From Pristiophorus japonicus (lineage: Eukaryota): DNA of 64,000 bases. The translations under genes were made by a program, and so were the position numbers. Location of the stretch: the NCBI RefSeq assembly GCF_044704955.1, contig NC_091987.1, positions 148,366,001 to 148,430,000 on the forward strand. The letters run 5' to 3'. The notes under the pieces were generated by a model that saw only the letters and a program-made list of their open reading frames with translations, was not told the DNA's origin and did not search any database. Of the stretch, positions 24,975-36,659 are shown piece by piece. Each line of letters begins with the position of its first letter. The stretch's first letter is position 1.

Positions 24975-27014
24975 GACTTAACCCTTAGATACCCTTAAAT
25001 TGGCAACAACAATGTTAAAAGTTACTGACTGATATAAGAAGAAAAAGAAAAACTACTCACCAATCACCAGCCAATCACTTACCCCCTAGGCTGTGACGTC
25101 ACCTTTGTTTCTTTCTTTGTCTTTACCTGTAGCTGCACCGGTACGCCTCTCGCCGACCCCGGACTCGCGCTGCTCCGAGCTCCCGCCTCCTCGACTGACT
25201 GCTCGAACTGCTCGACTCCCGCTGGCCTTTATAGGCCTCTCGCCGACCCCGGACTCGCGCTGCTCCGAGCTCCCGCCTCCTCGACTGACTTCTGAATTCC
25301 CTATATGATTTCCCTGTGACTATCTTATATTGATGGCCTCTAGTTATGCTCTTCCCCACAAATGCAAGCACTCTCTCTGTATCTACTCTATCAAAACCTT
25401 TCATACTTTTTAAGAGCTCAGTTAGGTCACCTTCTATTTTCAAACGAAGAGCGACCCAGCATGTTCATCCTTTCCTGATAGGTATACCCTCGTATTTCTG
25501 GCATCATCCTTGTACATCGTCTCTGCACCCTCTCCAGTGCCTCTATATCCTTTTGATAATATGGAAACCCGAATTATACACCGTACTCAATGTGCGGTCT
25601 AACCGAGGTTCGATACAGCAAAGTATAACTTCCCTACTTTTCAATGTTATCCCTCTTGGAATGAACCCTAGTGCCTGGTTTGCTTTTTTTATGGCCTTGT
25701 TAACCTCTCGCTGCTCTAAATGATTTGTGTATTTGCACTCCGAGATCTCTTTGCTCCTCTACCCCACCCAGACTGTCCAAGTTATGTGACCTCCCTATTC
25801 TTCCTACCAAAATGTAATGCCTCACATTTATCTGTGTTGAATTTCATTTGCCAATTATATGCCTATTCTGAAAGTTTATTAATGTCTTCCTGTAATTTGT
25901 TGGTCCTCCTCAGTATTGACTATCCCCCCAATTTGGTGTTATCCACAAATATAGAAATTGTGTTTTTGATTCCAAAGTCTAAATCTTTAATATAAATAGT
26001 GAACAAAGGTGGTCCCAGCACTGATCCTTGTGGAACACCACTACCCACCTTCTGCCTACGAATAGCTACCCTTTACCTCTACTTTCTGCTTTTTGTCTTG
26101 AAGCCAGCTAGCTATCCATTCTGCTATTTGTCCCCTGACTATCTGACCTTATTCATTAATCTATTATGTGGTACCTTATCGAAGGCCTTTTGAAAATCTA
26201 GAAAAATTACATCGACTGCATTACCCTTTTTTATTCTCTCTCTCGGTCACCTCCACAAAAAATTCAATGAGGTTCGTCAAGCAAGACTTTCCCTTTTAAA
26301 ATCCATGTTGACTATTCATTATTATATTTTTGGCTTCTAGATTGTCTTCTATTTTCTCCTTTACTAGGGATTCCGTTATTTTTCCTACCACCGATGTTAA
26401 GCTGACTGGCCTATAATTCTCTGGACATGTTCTATCTTAAATATAAGTATTACATTAGCTATCCACCAGTCCTCTAGCACAGCACCTTTTTCCAATGAAG
26501 TATTAAATGTATAGTCATGCCTCTGCTATCTCTTCTCGAGAGTCTTTTAAAATGCGTGGATGCAATCCATCCGGACTATGGTTTTTTATCCTCTTTGAGT
26601 TTGATTAGTTCATTTAATATATCTCTTTTTATTTTAAATGCAGTTATTTCATTGCTAATCCCATCATCCAATGTCATGTCCACTTGTTCTAAAACCCTGA
26701 TAAATACTGAAGCAAAGTAATGATTTAATATCTCTGCCATCTCTCGATAACTGCCTGTGGTATTATCCTGTCCATCCCTCTGTGGTCCTATTCCCATCCC
26801 CACCTTCCTTTTTATTGATGGGCCTGCAAAATATTTTACTATTTTGTTTTATGTTCCTTGAAAATTTAATGGCATGGTTCCTCTTTGTCTTTCTAATTGT
26901 TTTTGTTCACTTCTCTCCTAATCTCTTTATATTTTGATGATCATGCTCTCCCCTGCAGTCCATGTACTTAATGTATGCCTCTATCCTTACCTTTGATTTT
27001 TCCCCTTATGGCTT

Positions 27015-28034
27015 TCATCATCATCATAGGCAGTCCCTCGGGGTCAAGGATAACTGATAACTTGCTTCCACTCTAAATCTGAGTTCTCAGGTGAGTGAAG
27101 AGTCCAATGCGGGACCCACAGTCTCTGTCACAGGTGGGGCAGACAGTGTTTGAAAGAACGGGTGGGTGGGTGGGGCTTGGGTTGCCGTGCACTCCTTCCT
27201 CAGTCTGCGCTTATCTTCAGCTTGCTCCCGGCAAAGAGACTCGAGGTGTTCAGCACCTTCCCGGATGCTTTTCCTCCACTTTGGGCAGTCTTGGACCAGG
27301 GATTCCCAGGTGTCGGTGGGGATGTTACATTTTTTCCAAGGAGGCTTTGAGGGTGTCCCTGAAGCATTTCCTCTGCCCACCTGGAGCTCGCTTGCCGTGT
27401 TGGAGCTCAGAGTAGAGCGCTTGTTTTGGGAGTCTCGTGTCAGGCATGCGGAAAATGTGACCCTCCCAACGGAGCTGACGGAACATGGTCAATGCTTCGA
27501 TGCTGGAGATGTTGGTCTGAGCAAGAACACTGACATTGGTGCGTCTATCCTGCCAGTGGATTTGCAGGATCTTGCGGAGACAGCACGGTGGTACTTCTCC
27601 AGTGTTTTGAGATGTCTGCTGTATATGGTCCATGTTTCTGAGCCATATAGGAGGGCGGGTAACACCACTGCTCTATAGACCTTGAGCTTGGTGCCAGATT
27701 TGAGGTCCTGGTCTTCAAACACTTTCTTCCTCAGGCGACCAAAGGCTGCACTTGCACACTGAAGGTGGTGTTGGACATTGTCGTCGATATCTGCCCTTGT
27801 TGATAGTAGGCTCCCGAGGTATAGAAAATAGTCCACGTTGTCCGAGGCCTCTTAGTGGATTTTGATAACCGGGAGGCACTGCTGTGTGGCGGGAACAGGT
27901 TGGTAGAGGACCTTTGTGTTACGGATGTTTAGTGTAAGGCCTATGTTTTTATATGCCTCGGTGAAGGTGTTGATGATGGCTTGGATTTCGGCCTCCAAGT
28001 GTGCGCAAACGCAGTCATCGTCTGCGTATTGTAA
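27015..28034 (-). mobile_element. RTE-clade LINE 3' part with (ATG)n tail
   Basis: LQYADD near 28020; YLGS...ASAAFGRL...LLYGSETW; RWEGHIFRMPD; catcatcat tail at the left end. Confidence 0.9.
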
Positions 28035-28267
28035 TTTGACATAGACATCGCCGCCCTAAGCGAGACCCAGTGGGCAGGGGAAGGCCAGCTTAAAGAACAA
28101 GATGGTGGCTAGACCTTCTTCTGGAAAGGCAAACCAGAAGCACAACATTTCCTCAATGGGGTAGGCGCACCATAAAAAACGAGCAAGTGGGCTGTCTCAG
28201 ACACTCCCCTTGCAGGATAAACGAACAGCTCATGACTCTTCAGCTCACCGTAGCCCAGCACCAATAT
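28035..28267 (+). mobile_element. RTE endonuclease fragment, opposite orientation to the adjacent RT part
   Basis: FDIDIAALSETQWAGEGQLKEQDGG*TFFWKGKPE. Confidence 0.85.
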
Positions 28268-28637
28268 CATAGCATCCCAGGTAGCAGGTCGGTTGGCAAC
28301 ACTTGGTCCGAAGTGGAGCCCAGCGGCGGGGTCAGGGCCCAGAAGAGGTCGGGGGATATCGGGAGGTTGGGGGACATTGGGAGGCAGCGGGAGGTCGGAG
28401 GGCAGTGGGATGGTCGTGGCCCAGGAGTGGCGTAGCGTGTTCATGAGACCACCATTGCGTCCTACGAAACCCAGGGATAGAGGCCCAGCGGGAAGGAGGA
28501 AGGAGGACAATAGGAGTCTGTGTGTGTGTGTGTGTATGTACTAGGCAGATGGAGTGGAGCCTGGTCTCCAATCGTCTTGGATCCCCTTGCCACCGGACCA
28601 AGATCTTGCTCTGACAAGCCCTGTGGTAGCTGGTATG
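28268..28637 (+). mobile_element. RTE 5'UTR fragment
   Basis: 28540-28637 matches the RTE-derived element at 50590-50690 (ccttgccac.ggaccaaga...gtggt.gctggt); assignment of the GC-rich part upstream of 28540 is weaker. Confidence 0.65.
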
Positions 28638-28639
28638 GA

Positions 28640-29448
28640 TTGGTAGCCCTATGGATTGGAGGGTAGCTAATGTAACCCAAGTTTTAAAAAAGGAGGGAGA
28701 GAGAAAACAGGGAATTATAGACCGGTCAGCCTGCCATTGGTGGTGGGGAAAATGTTGTAATCAATTATTAAAGATGAAATAGCAGCGCATTTGGAAAGCA
28801 GTGATAGGATCGGCCCAAGTCAGCATGGATTTGTGAAAGGGAAATCATGCTTGACAAATCTTTGAGAATTTTTTGAGGATGTAACTAGTAGAGCGGACAA
28901 GGGAGAACCAGTGGATGTGGTGCATTTGGACTTTCAAAAGGCTTTTGACAAGGTCCCACACAAGAGATTAGTGTGCAAAATTAAAGCACATGGTATTGGG
29001 GGTAATGTATTGACGTGGATAGAGAACTGGTTGGCAGACAGGAAGCAAAGAATAGGAATAAATGGGTCCTTTTCAGAATGGCAGGCAGTGACTAGTGAGG
29101 TACCGCAAGGTTCAGTGCTGGGACCCCAGCTATTTACAATATATATTAATGATTTAGACGAAGGAATTGAATATAATATCTCCAAGTCTGCAGATGACAC
29201 TAAACTGGGTGGCAGTGTGAGCTGTGAGGAGGATGCTAAGAGGCTGTAGGGTGACTTGGACAAGTTAGGTGAGTGGGCAAATGCATGGCAGATGCAGTAT
29301 AATGTGGATAAATGTGAGGTTATCCACTTGGGTCGCAAAAACACGAAGGCAGAATATTATCTGAATGGTGACAGATTAGGAAAAGGGGAGGTGCAATGAA
29401 ACCTGAGTGTCATGGTACATCAGTCATTGAAAGTTGGCATGCAGATAC
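28640..29448 (+). mobile_element. CR1 ORF2 fragment (5' half of the insertion whose 3' half is at 16519-17872)
   Basis: [16 protein letters not shown] and PQGSVLGP; ends at ...GMQI where an LTR starts. Confidence 0.9.
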
Positions 29449-29532
29449 TGTAAGGTCCTTACTCTACAGTATGAAACTACACGAGGCACATTCTGGGGAC
29501 GAGGTCACTCTCTGACAACTCTTTATTCACAG

Positions 29533-32500
29533 TGATACGTCCTTACTACACAGTATAAATGCACACAGGCCCATGCTTGAGAGAAGGTCAGTCTGTGACC
29601 TGTCCTTTATTCCTTAGCACTCAAGTGATGAAGGTGGGTGGAGCTTCCCCTTTTATACCTGAAGGTCCAGGTTAGGAGTGTCTCCCACCTAGTGGTCAGT
29701 GTTCTCACGGTGTACAACTTCGGTCAGTTTATACATGGGTTACAATGCTGGTTGAATACATGACATCACCTCCCCCCCAAAGTCTTATTGGGATCACAGG
29801 TTGAGTCTCTCTGGTGGTTTACACTCCCTTGCAGAGCGCCTGAGTTGGGGCTCCGGTTGTTGGGCGCTGGCCTGAGTGTCTGCTGTTTGCAGTGCCTCAG
29901 GCCTGTCCGGACTGCCCACAGTGACTGGGCTCTCCTCCCTTTGGTTCCGGTGTTCGGTCACCTGTGGTGGAGTGAACTCTATATCGTGTTCTTCCTCTGC
30001 TTCTTCTATGGGGTTGCTGAACCTCCTTTTTGTTTGATCCACATGTTTGCGGCAGATTTGTCCATTGGTAAGTTTAACTACCAGAATCCTATTTCCCTCT
30101 TTGGCAACCACCGTGCCTGCGAGCCATTTGGGCCCTGCAGCGTAGTTGAGGACAAAAACAGGATCATTTACATCAATACATCGCGCCCTCACATTCCTGT
30201 CATGGTAGTGATATTGTGACTGGCGCCTGCTCTCGACAATTTCTTTCATGGTGGGGTGTATAAGGGATAATCGGGTTTTGAGCGTCCTTTTCATTAGTAG
30301 CTCTGCGAGTGGAACCCCTGTGAGCGAGTGTGGTCGGGATCTATAGGCCAACAGGAGGCGTGATAAGCGGGTTTGTAAGGAACCCCCTTGGAATCTGAGC
30401 ATCCCCTGTTTGATTATCTGCACTGCTTGTTCTGCCTGGCCGTTTGAGGCCGGCTTGAATGGTGCCGTTCTAACATGGTTAATTCCATTGCCTGCCATGA
30501 AGTTTTGGAATTCAGTGCTTGTGAAGCACGGGCCATTGTCGCTGACCAAGATGTCCGGTAGACCGTGGGCGGCGAACATTGCCCGTAGACTTTCTACCGT
30601 GGCAGAGGATGTGCTTGAATTTAAAATGTCTCACTCGATCCATTTGGAGTAGGCGTCTACTACAACCAAAAACATTTTCCCCATGAAAGGACCTGCGTAG
30701 TCCACATGGATGCGTGACCAAGGTTTGGCGGGCCATGGCCAGGGGCTAAGGGGGGCTTCCCTGGGCGCATGGCCCAGCTGGGCACACGTGTTGCATCTGC
30801 GAACACAAAGTTCCAGATCTGCGTCTATCCCTGGCCACCAAACGTGTGACCTGGCAATTGCCTTCATCGTGACAATGCCTGGGTGCCCATTGTGGAGTTC
30901 TCTGATGAACACCTCTCTGCCCATCTGGGGCATGACTACGCGGTTTCCCCACAGTAGGCAATCGGCCTGAATCGAGAGTTCATCCTTGCGCCTGTGAAAT
31001 GGTTTAAATTTCTCAGGGCATGCCCTGTACATGGCTGCCCAGTCCCCATTCAGGACACATTTCTTGACTAGAGACAATAGCGGGTCTCTATTTGTCCAGA
31101 CTTTAATCTGACGGGCTGTCACGGGTGAGCCTTCGCTTCCGAAAGCTTCAACAGCCATGACCATCTCAGCACCATGCTCGGTAGCCCCCTCAGTGGTGGC
31201 TAGTTGGAGCCTGCTGAGTGCATCGGCGCAGTTTTCGGTGCCCGGTTTGTGCCGAATTGTGTAGTCATAGGCAGCTAACGTGAGTGCCCACCTCTGTATG
31301 CGGGCCGATGCGTTTGCATTTATGGCCTTGTTGTCGGCCAAAAGGGACGTTAGGGGTTTGTGATCTGCCTCCAGCTCAAATTTCCTGCCAAACAGGTACT
31401 GGTGCATTTTCTTTACCGCATATACACATGCGAGCGCCTCCTTTTCTACCATCCCGTAGCCCCTTTCTGCCTGGGACAGACTCCTGGAGGCATAAGCTAC
31501 CGGCTGTAACTGACCCTTGGCATTGACATGCTGCAACACACACCCGACACCATAGGACGACGCATCGCACGTTAACACAAGTTTCTTACATGGGTCATAT
31601 AGCGTTAACAGATTGTTAGAACATAACAAATTGCGTGCTCTATTAAAAGCCCTTTCCTGGCTGTCCCCCCAGACCCATTCATGACCTTTGCGTAGGAGCA
31701 CGTGTAGCGGCTCTAGCAGCGTGCTCAATTTGGGAAGAAAGTTACCAAAATAGTTCAGGAGCCCCAGGAACGAATGCAGCTCCGTCGTGTTACGGGGTCT
31801 GGGTGCTCTCTGGATCACTTCCGTCTTGGATGCAGTAGGGCTGATCCCGTCTGCTGCTACCATCATCCCCAGGAATTCCACCTCTGGAGCTAGGAAGACG
31901 CACTTCGCCTTTTTCAGTCGCAGACCTACCCGGTCCAGTTTGTGTAGCACCTCCTCCAGGTTGTGGAGGTGTTCTTCAGTATCGCAACTCATGATGAGGA
32001 TGTCGTCCTGAAAAACTACCGTCCCTGGAATCGACTTCAGGAGGCTTTCCATATTTCGTTGGAAGATCGCGGCGGCCGAGCGAATCCCGAACGGACATCT
32101 GTTGTACTCAAACAACTCCTTGTGAGTCGTGATGGTGATCAGCTTCTTCGACTCACTCGCCAGCTCCTGGGTCATGTAAGCTGAGGTCAGGTCCAATTTT
32201 GAAAAGAGTTTGCCACCGGATAGCGTCGCAAAGAGGTCCTCCGCTCTTGGTAGCGGGTACTGGTCTTGGAGTGACACCCGATTGATGGTGGCCTTGTAAT
32301 CGCCACATATCCTGACCGACCCATCCGCTTTGAGCACCGGCACAATCGGGCTCGCCCAGTCACTGAATTCGACTGGAGAGATGATGCCTTCCCTCAACAG
32401 GCGGTCCAATTCGCCTTCTATCTTTTCCCGCATCACGTACGGCACCGCTCTGGCCTTGTGGTGTACTGGTCTGGCGTCCGGGTTTATGTGAATCACTACC

Positions 32501-33654
32501 TTGGCCCCCATGAAAGTGCCAATGCCGGGTTGAAATAATGAGTCAAATTTGTCCAGGACCTGTGAGCATGATACTCGCTCCACAGAGGAAATTGCATTGA
32601 CATCGCCCCATTTCCAGTTCATGACAGCAAGCCAACTCCTCCCCAGTAGTGCGGGACCATCCCCTGGGACAATCCAGAGTGGCATCCTGTTCTCCGAATC
32701 TTTGTGAGTCACGACTACCGTGGCGCTGCCTAGCACTGGAATGATCTGCTTTGTGTAAGTCCGTAGCTGTGCGTCAATCGGCGGTAATTTTGGCCTCCTG
32801 GCCTTGGATGCCCACAACTTTTCGAACTGTTTGATACCCATCAGGGACTGGCTGACACCCGTGTCTAACTCCATTGATACTGGGATGCCACTGAGGAGCA
32901 CTTTCATCATTATCGGTGGCGTCCTGGTGTATGAACTGTATACATGCTCCACATGAACTCGCTGAACTTCAGCTTCCAGCGATTTCCCCCAGTGTCCATT
33001 TCTGCAATTTCTGCAGGTATTTTGCTCATCTCTGCAAACTCCGGCTGAATGTATGCCTCCACGCCTCCAGCATGAGTTGCGGTTTGAAACAAAAGGTCCC
33101 TTGCCAGTCGATCGTCCCTGACTGCCCCTGTTATTGTCCTTGAGTGCACCATTAACAGGTGTTGATGGCCCCATTACTGGCCGCATTGTCCCTTGCAATG
33201 GCGTGAATCGCTGTTCAGCTTGCCATTGTCTCTGTCGAACTCCCCCTCTGGGTTCGACTACATGTTGGGGCATGCCTGACTGCCCTTGTCTGCCTGGAGA
33301 ACTGTGTGCTGCTTTAACAATGTTGAATCTCTGTCCCAACCATTCCTTAACACAGTACCTCTCGTCTGTTCTGCTAGTGGCCATGCTCGCGTGGTTTAAA
33401 TCCCAGTTTCTTGTCGCCATTGATACGTCCTTACTACACAGTATAAATGCACACGAGGCCCATGCTTGAGAGAAGGTCAGTCTGTGACCTGTCCTTTATT
33501 CCTTAGCACTCAAGTGATGAAGGTGGGTGGAGCTTCCCCTTTTATACCAGAAGGTCCAGGTTAGGAGTGTCTCCCACCTAGTGGTCAGTGTTCTCACGGT
33601 GTACAACTTAGGTCAGTTTATACATGGGTTACAATGCTGGTTGAATACATGACA
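29533..33654 (-). mobile_element. young nested Gypsy element, LTRs 29533-29765 and 33421-33654, TSD CACAG, gag largely deleted
   Basis: CACAG at 29528-29532 and 33655-33659; 3 LTR differences by eye; PBS TGGCGACAAG; 929-aa ORF (LDTG, FQDD, CDAS, HPG) plus a 261-aa integrase remainder after one TGA. Confidence 0.95.
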
Positions 33655-35145
33655 CACAGGACTCCAAAGACGATGACCCTGCGTGGGACCTCCCTTTTAA
33701 TACCAGTGTGATCAGGTAAGGAGTGTCTCCCACAAGTTCACCCCTTGTGGTCAAGATGTGCATCTATGTTGAATGTATACAGTAATAAAGTGGTGTTACA
33801 TTGTGGTTACATACATCACATCACCTTCCCCCACCCCCCCAAGTCTTATTGGGATCATAGGTTTAGTCTTTCAGGTGGTCCACGCTCCCTCGTGGAGCGC
33901 CGCAGTTGGGGCTTGGTTGTTGGACACTGACGTGTGTGTCTGTCACCTGTGGTGATTCCGGCCTGTCCAGGCTGACCGCAGGGACTGTGCATTCTTCTGA
34001 TTGCTCTTGTTGCTCGTTCACTGGTGGTCTTGTGAGCTCCATCTCATGGTTGTCTTCAGGTTCCTCCGTGTCGATGCTGAACCTTTTTTTAAACTTGGTC
34101 CAGATGGCATATCTGACCATTGTTGCGTTTTACCACGATGACCCTATTCCCCTTTTTGTCAATTACAGTGCGCTCAAGCCATTTGGGCCCCATGGCATGA
34201 TTGAGGACGAATACAGGCTCATTTATTTCTATACAACTCCCCCTCGAATTACGGTCATGGTACTCGTTTTGGGACTGGCGCTTGCCCTCAACTATGTCGG
34301 CCAGGACTGGGTGAATGAGGGACAACCGAGTTTTGAGTGTCCGTTTCATTAGTAGCTCTGCGGGCGGGACCCCCGTGAACGAGTGCTGTTGGGATCTATA
34401 GGTCAGCAGGAGACGCAATAGGCGGCATTGTAGGGAGGGTCCTTGAATCCTGAGCATACCTTGCTTAATGATTTGGACCGCACGTTTCGCCTGGCCATTG
34501 GAGGCCGGCTTGAACGATGCAGTCCTGACGTGGTTGATGCCATTGCCCGCCATAAACTCTCGGAATTCGTAGCTTGTGAAACATGGGCCATTATCACTAA
34601 CCAGGATGTCCGGCAAGCCATGGGTTGCAAAGATCGCACGTAGGCTTTCCACGGTGGTGGATGATGTGCATGAATTCAGAATGATGCACTCGATCCATTT
34701 CGAGTACGCATCTACCTCAATAAGGAACATCTTACCCATGAACGGGCCCGCGTAGCCAACATGAATGCGTGACCATGGCCTAGTGGACCAGGGCCACGGG
34801 CTGAGCGGGGCCTCCCTGGGTGCATTACCCAGCTGGGCAAACGTCGTGTACCTGCGAACACAGTGTTCCAAGTCTGAATCAATTCCAGGCCACCAAACAT
34901 GTGACCGGGCAATGGCCTTCATCAGCACAATGCCTGGGTGCTCGCTGTGGAGTTCCCTGATGAATGCCTCCCTGCCCTTCTGGGGCATAACTACCTGGGC
35001 ATGCGCCTTGTGTGGGTGCCCAATCCCCAGTCAGGACACATTTCTTAATCAGGGATAGGAGGGGATCTCTGTTTGTCAAGATTTTGAACTGGCGGGCTGT
35101 GATGGGGGAGCCTGCACTGTCAAAGGCATCGACAGCCATGACCAT

Positions 35146-35715
35146 TGTGGAAATTTACTTTCAAAGTTACATTTTCTGTTAAATGTACCCTTTTGTAATA
35201 AAACAAAATGGAGTCTCAGTTCTCCCAGAAGCCCCTGCAGCAGACAGCCTGTCTCTGCATAAACATATTAACCTTGACTGACAGCCAACTAATTTAGAAA
35301 AGCAGAAGCCATCTGTGTGAGCGAGGGAACCTTGACTTTACCCTCCCTGTCTTGTTAGAACAATACTCCCTGCTAAATAACTGTCGCTGTGCTAAATCTT
35401 AGAAGTATTAGATAAAGGCTGTATAGATAAGTAGGAAATTAAAACAAGGATGTAATGATAATTAAGTGATTGAAGAACTCCTTATCTGTATTTGCTGATC
35501 GCAGAACTGATACACGTGATGGAACCATAATTTCTTTGTTTGTTCTTCTGTATAAAGATAATGTAATTTCATACAACTGTAGAAGTCTTTGCAGAGCCTT
35601 TGACTCAGCAAGGCTTTTCCTTGTAGCAAGTAAAACTTATTAAAGAGACACCTGCTGAGTTGTTTATGTCAGAGTTTCATTTTTTCTAGTTAAATTGAGA
35701 GTCGAGATTTCGACA
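35146..35715 (+). mobile_element. ERV-like solo LTR, 570 bp, 4-bp TSD CCAT
   Basis: CCAT at 35142-35145 and 35716-35719; TGTGGAAA...GTCGAGATTTCGACA; interrupts Gypsy pol at EMV^MAV. Confidence 0.87.
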
Positions 35716-36659
35716 CCATCTCGGCGCTTTGCTCCGCTGCCCCCTCAGTGGTGGCCAGTGGAAGCCTGCTGAGCGCATCAGCGCAATTTTCGGTGCTGGG
35801 CCGGTGCCGGATGGAGTAGTCATAAGCAGCCAGTGTGAGAGCCCATCGCTGTATGCGAGCTGATGCGTTGGCATTGATAGCCTTGCTGTCTGACAACAGG
35901 GATGTTAATGGCTTGTGGTCCGTCTCTAATTCAAACTTCCTACCAAAGAGGTACTGATGCATTTTTTTTTACACCATAGACACATGCAAGCGCTTCCTTC
36001 TCGACCATCCCATATCCTCATTCTGCTTGAGAGCGCGACCTGGAGGCATAAGCCACAGGTTGTAGTTGACCCTCAGCATTGCCTTGCTGCAACACGCACC
36101 CAACCCCATAGGACGATGCAGCACATGTCAGAACCAATTTTTTACAGGGGTCGTACAGGGTCAACAACTTGTTTGAACAAAGTAGGTTTCGCGCCCGATC
36201 AAAATCCCGTTCCTGACAGTCCCCCCAAAACCAATTGCCACCCTTACGCAGGAGCACGTATAATGGCTCCAACAACGTGCTCAAATTCGGCAGAAAGTTC
36301 CCGAAATAGTTCAACAGTCCCAGGAATGAACGCAACTCCGATGTGTTGCAGGGCCTGGGTGCTTGTCGAATCACCTCTGTTTTGGATTCGGTGGGCCGAA
36401 TCCCATCTGCAGCAACCCTCCTGCCCAGAAACTCAACCTCAGGAGTTAAGAACACACATTTAGACTTCTTGAGTCGCAGGCCTACCCGGTCCAGTCGACG
36501 TAGCACCTCCTCCAGGTTGTGGAGGTGTTCCTCGGTGTCTCGACCTGTGATGAGGATGTCGTCCTGGAATATGATCGTTCCAGGAATGGATTTAAGCAGG
36601 CTTTCCATGTTTCGTTGAAACATCGCAGCCGCTGATCGAATGCCAAATGTGTGGAAATG

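Larger units (their letters stand above)
21061..25290 (-). mobile_element. near full-length CR1 LINE (5'UTR monomers, ORF1, ORF2, tail)
   Basis: Tail at 21061; ORF2 21157-23949; ORF1 24027-24974; 5'UTR repeat with 90-bp period at 25145-25290. Confidence 0.95.
20819..26990 (-). mobile_element. old CR1 LINE (20819-21060 plus 25291-~26990) split by a younger CR1
   Basis: 3' tail at 20819; sequence resumes after 25290 with ...KSITRGHQYKIV and further RT remnants. Confidence 0.75.
29449..36647 (-). mobile_element. Gypsy element 3' half: 3'LTR (29449-29532 + 33655-33820), PPT, integrase, RNase H, RT C-part
   Basis: LTR matches 17873-18112; ORFs 34089-34988 (HPG..WWPG, SDNG, SNGQ) and 36018-36668 (FQDD); starts at FGIRSAAA. 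Confidence 0.92.

Noticed and set aside
27015-28267. Twin-priming 5' inversion as the explanation for the inverted RTE pieces
   Set aside because: The inverted piece ends far from the YADD junction and is instead continuous with the fragment at 16346, favouring later rearrangement
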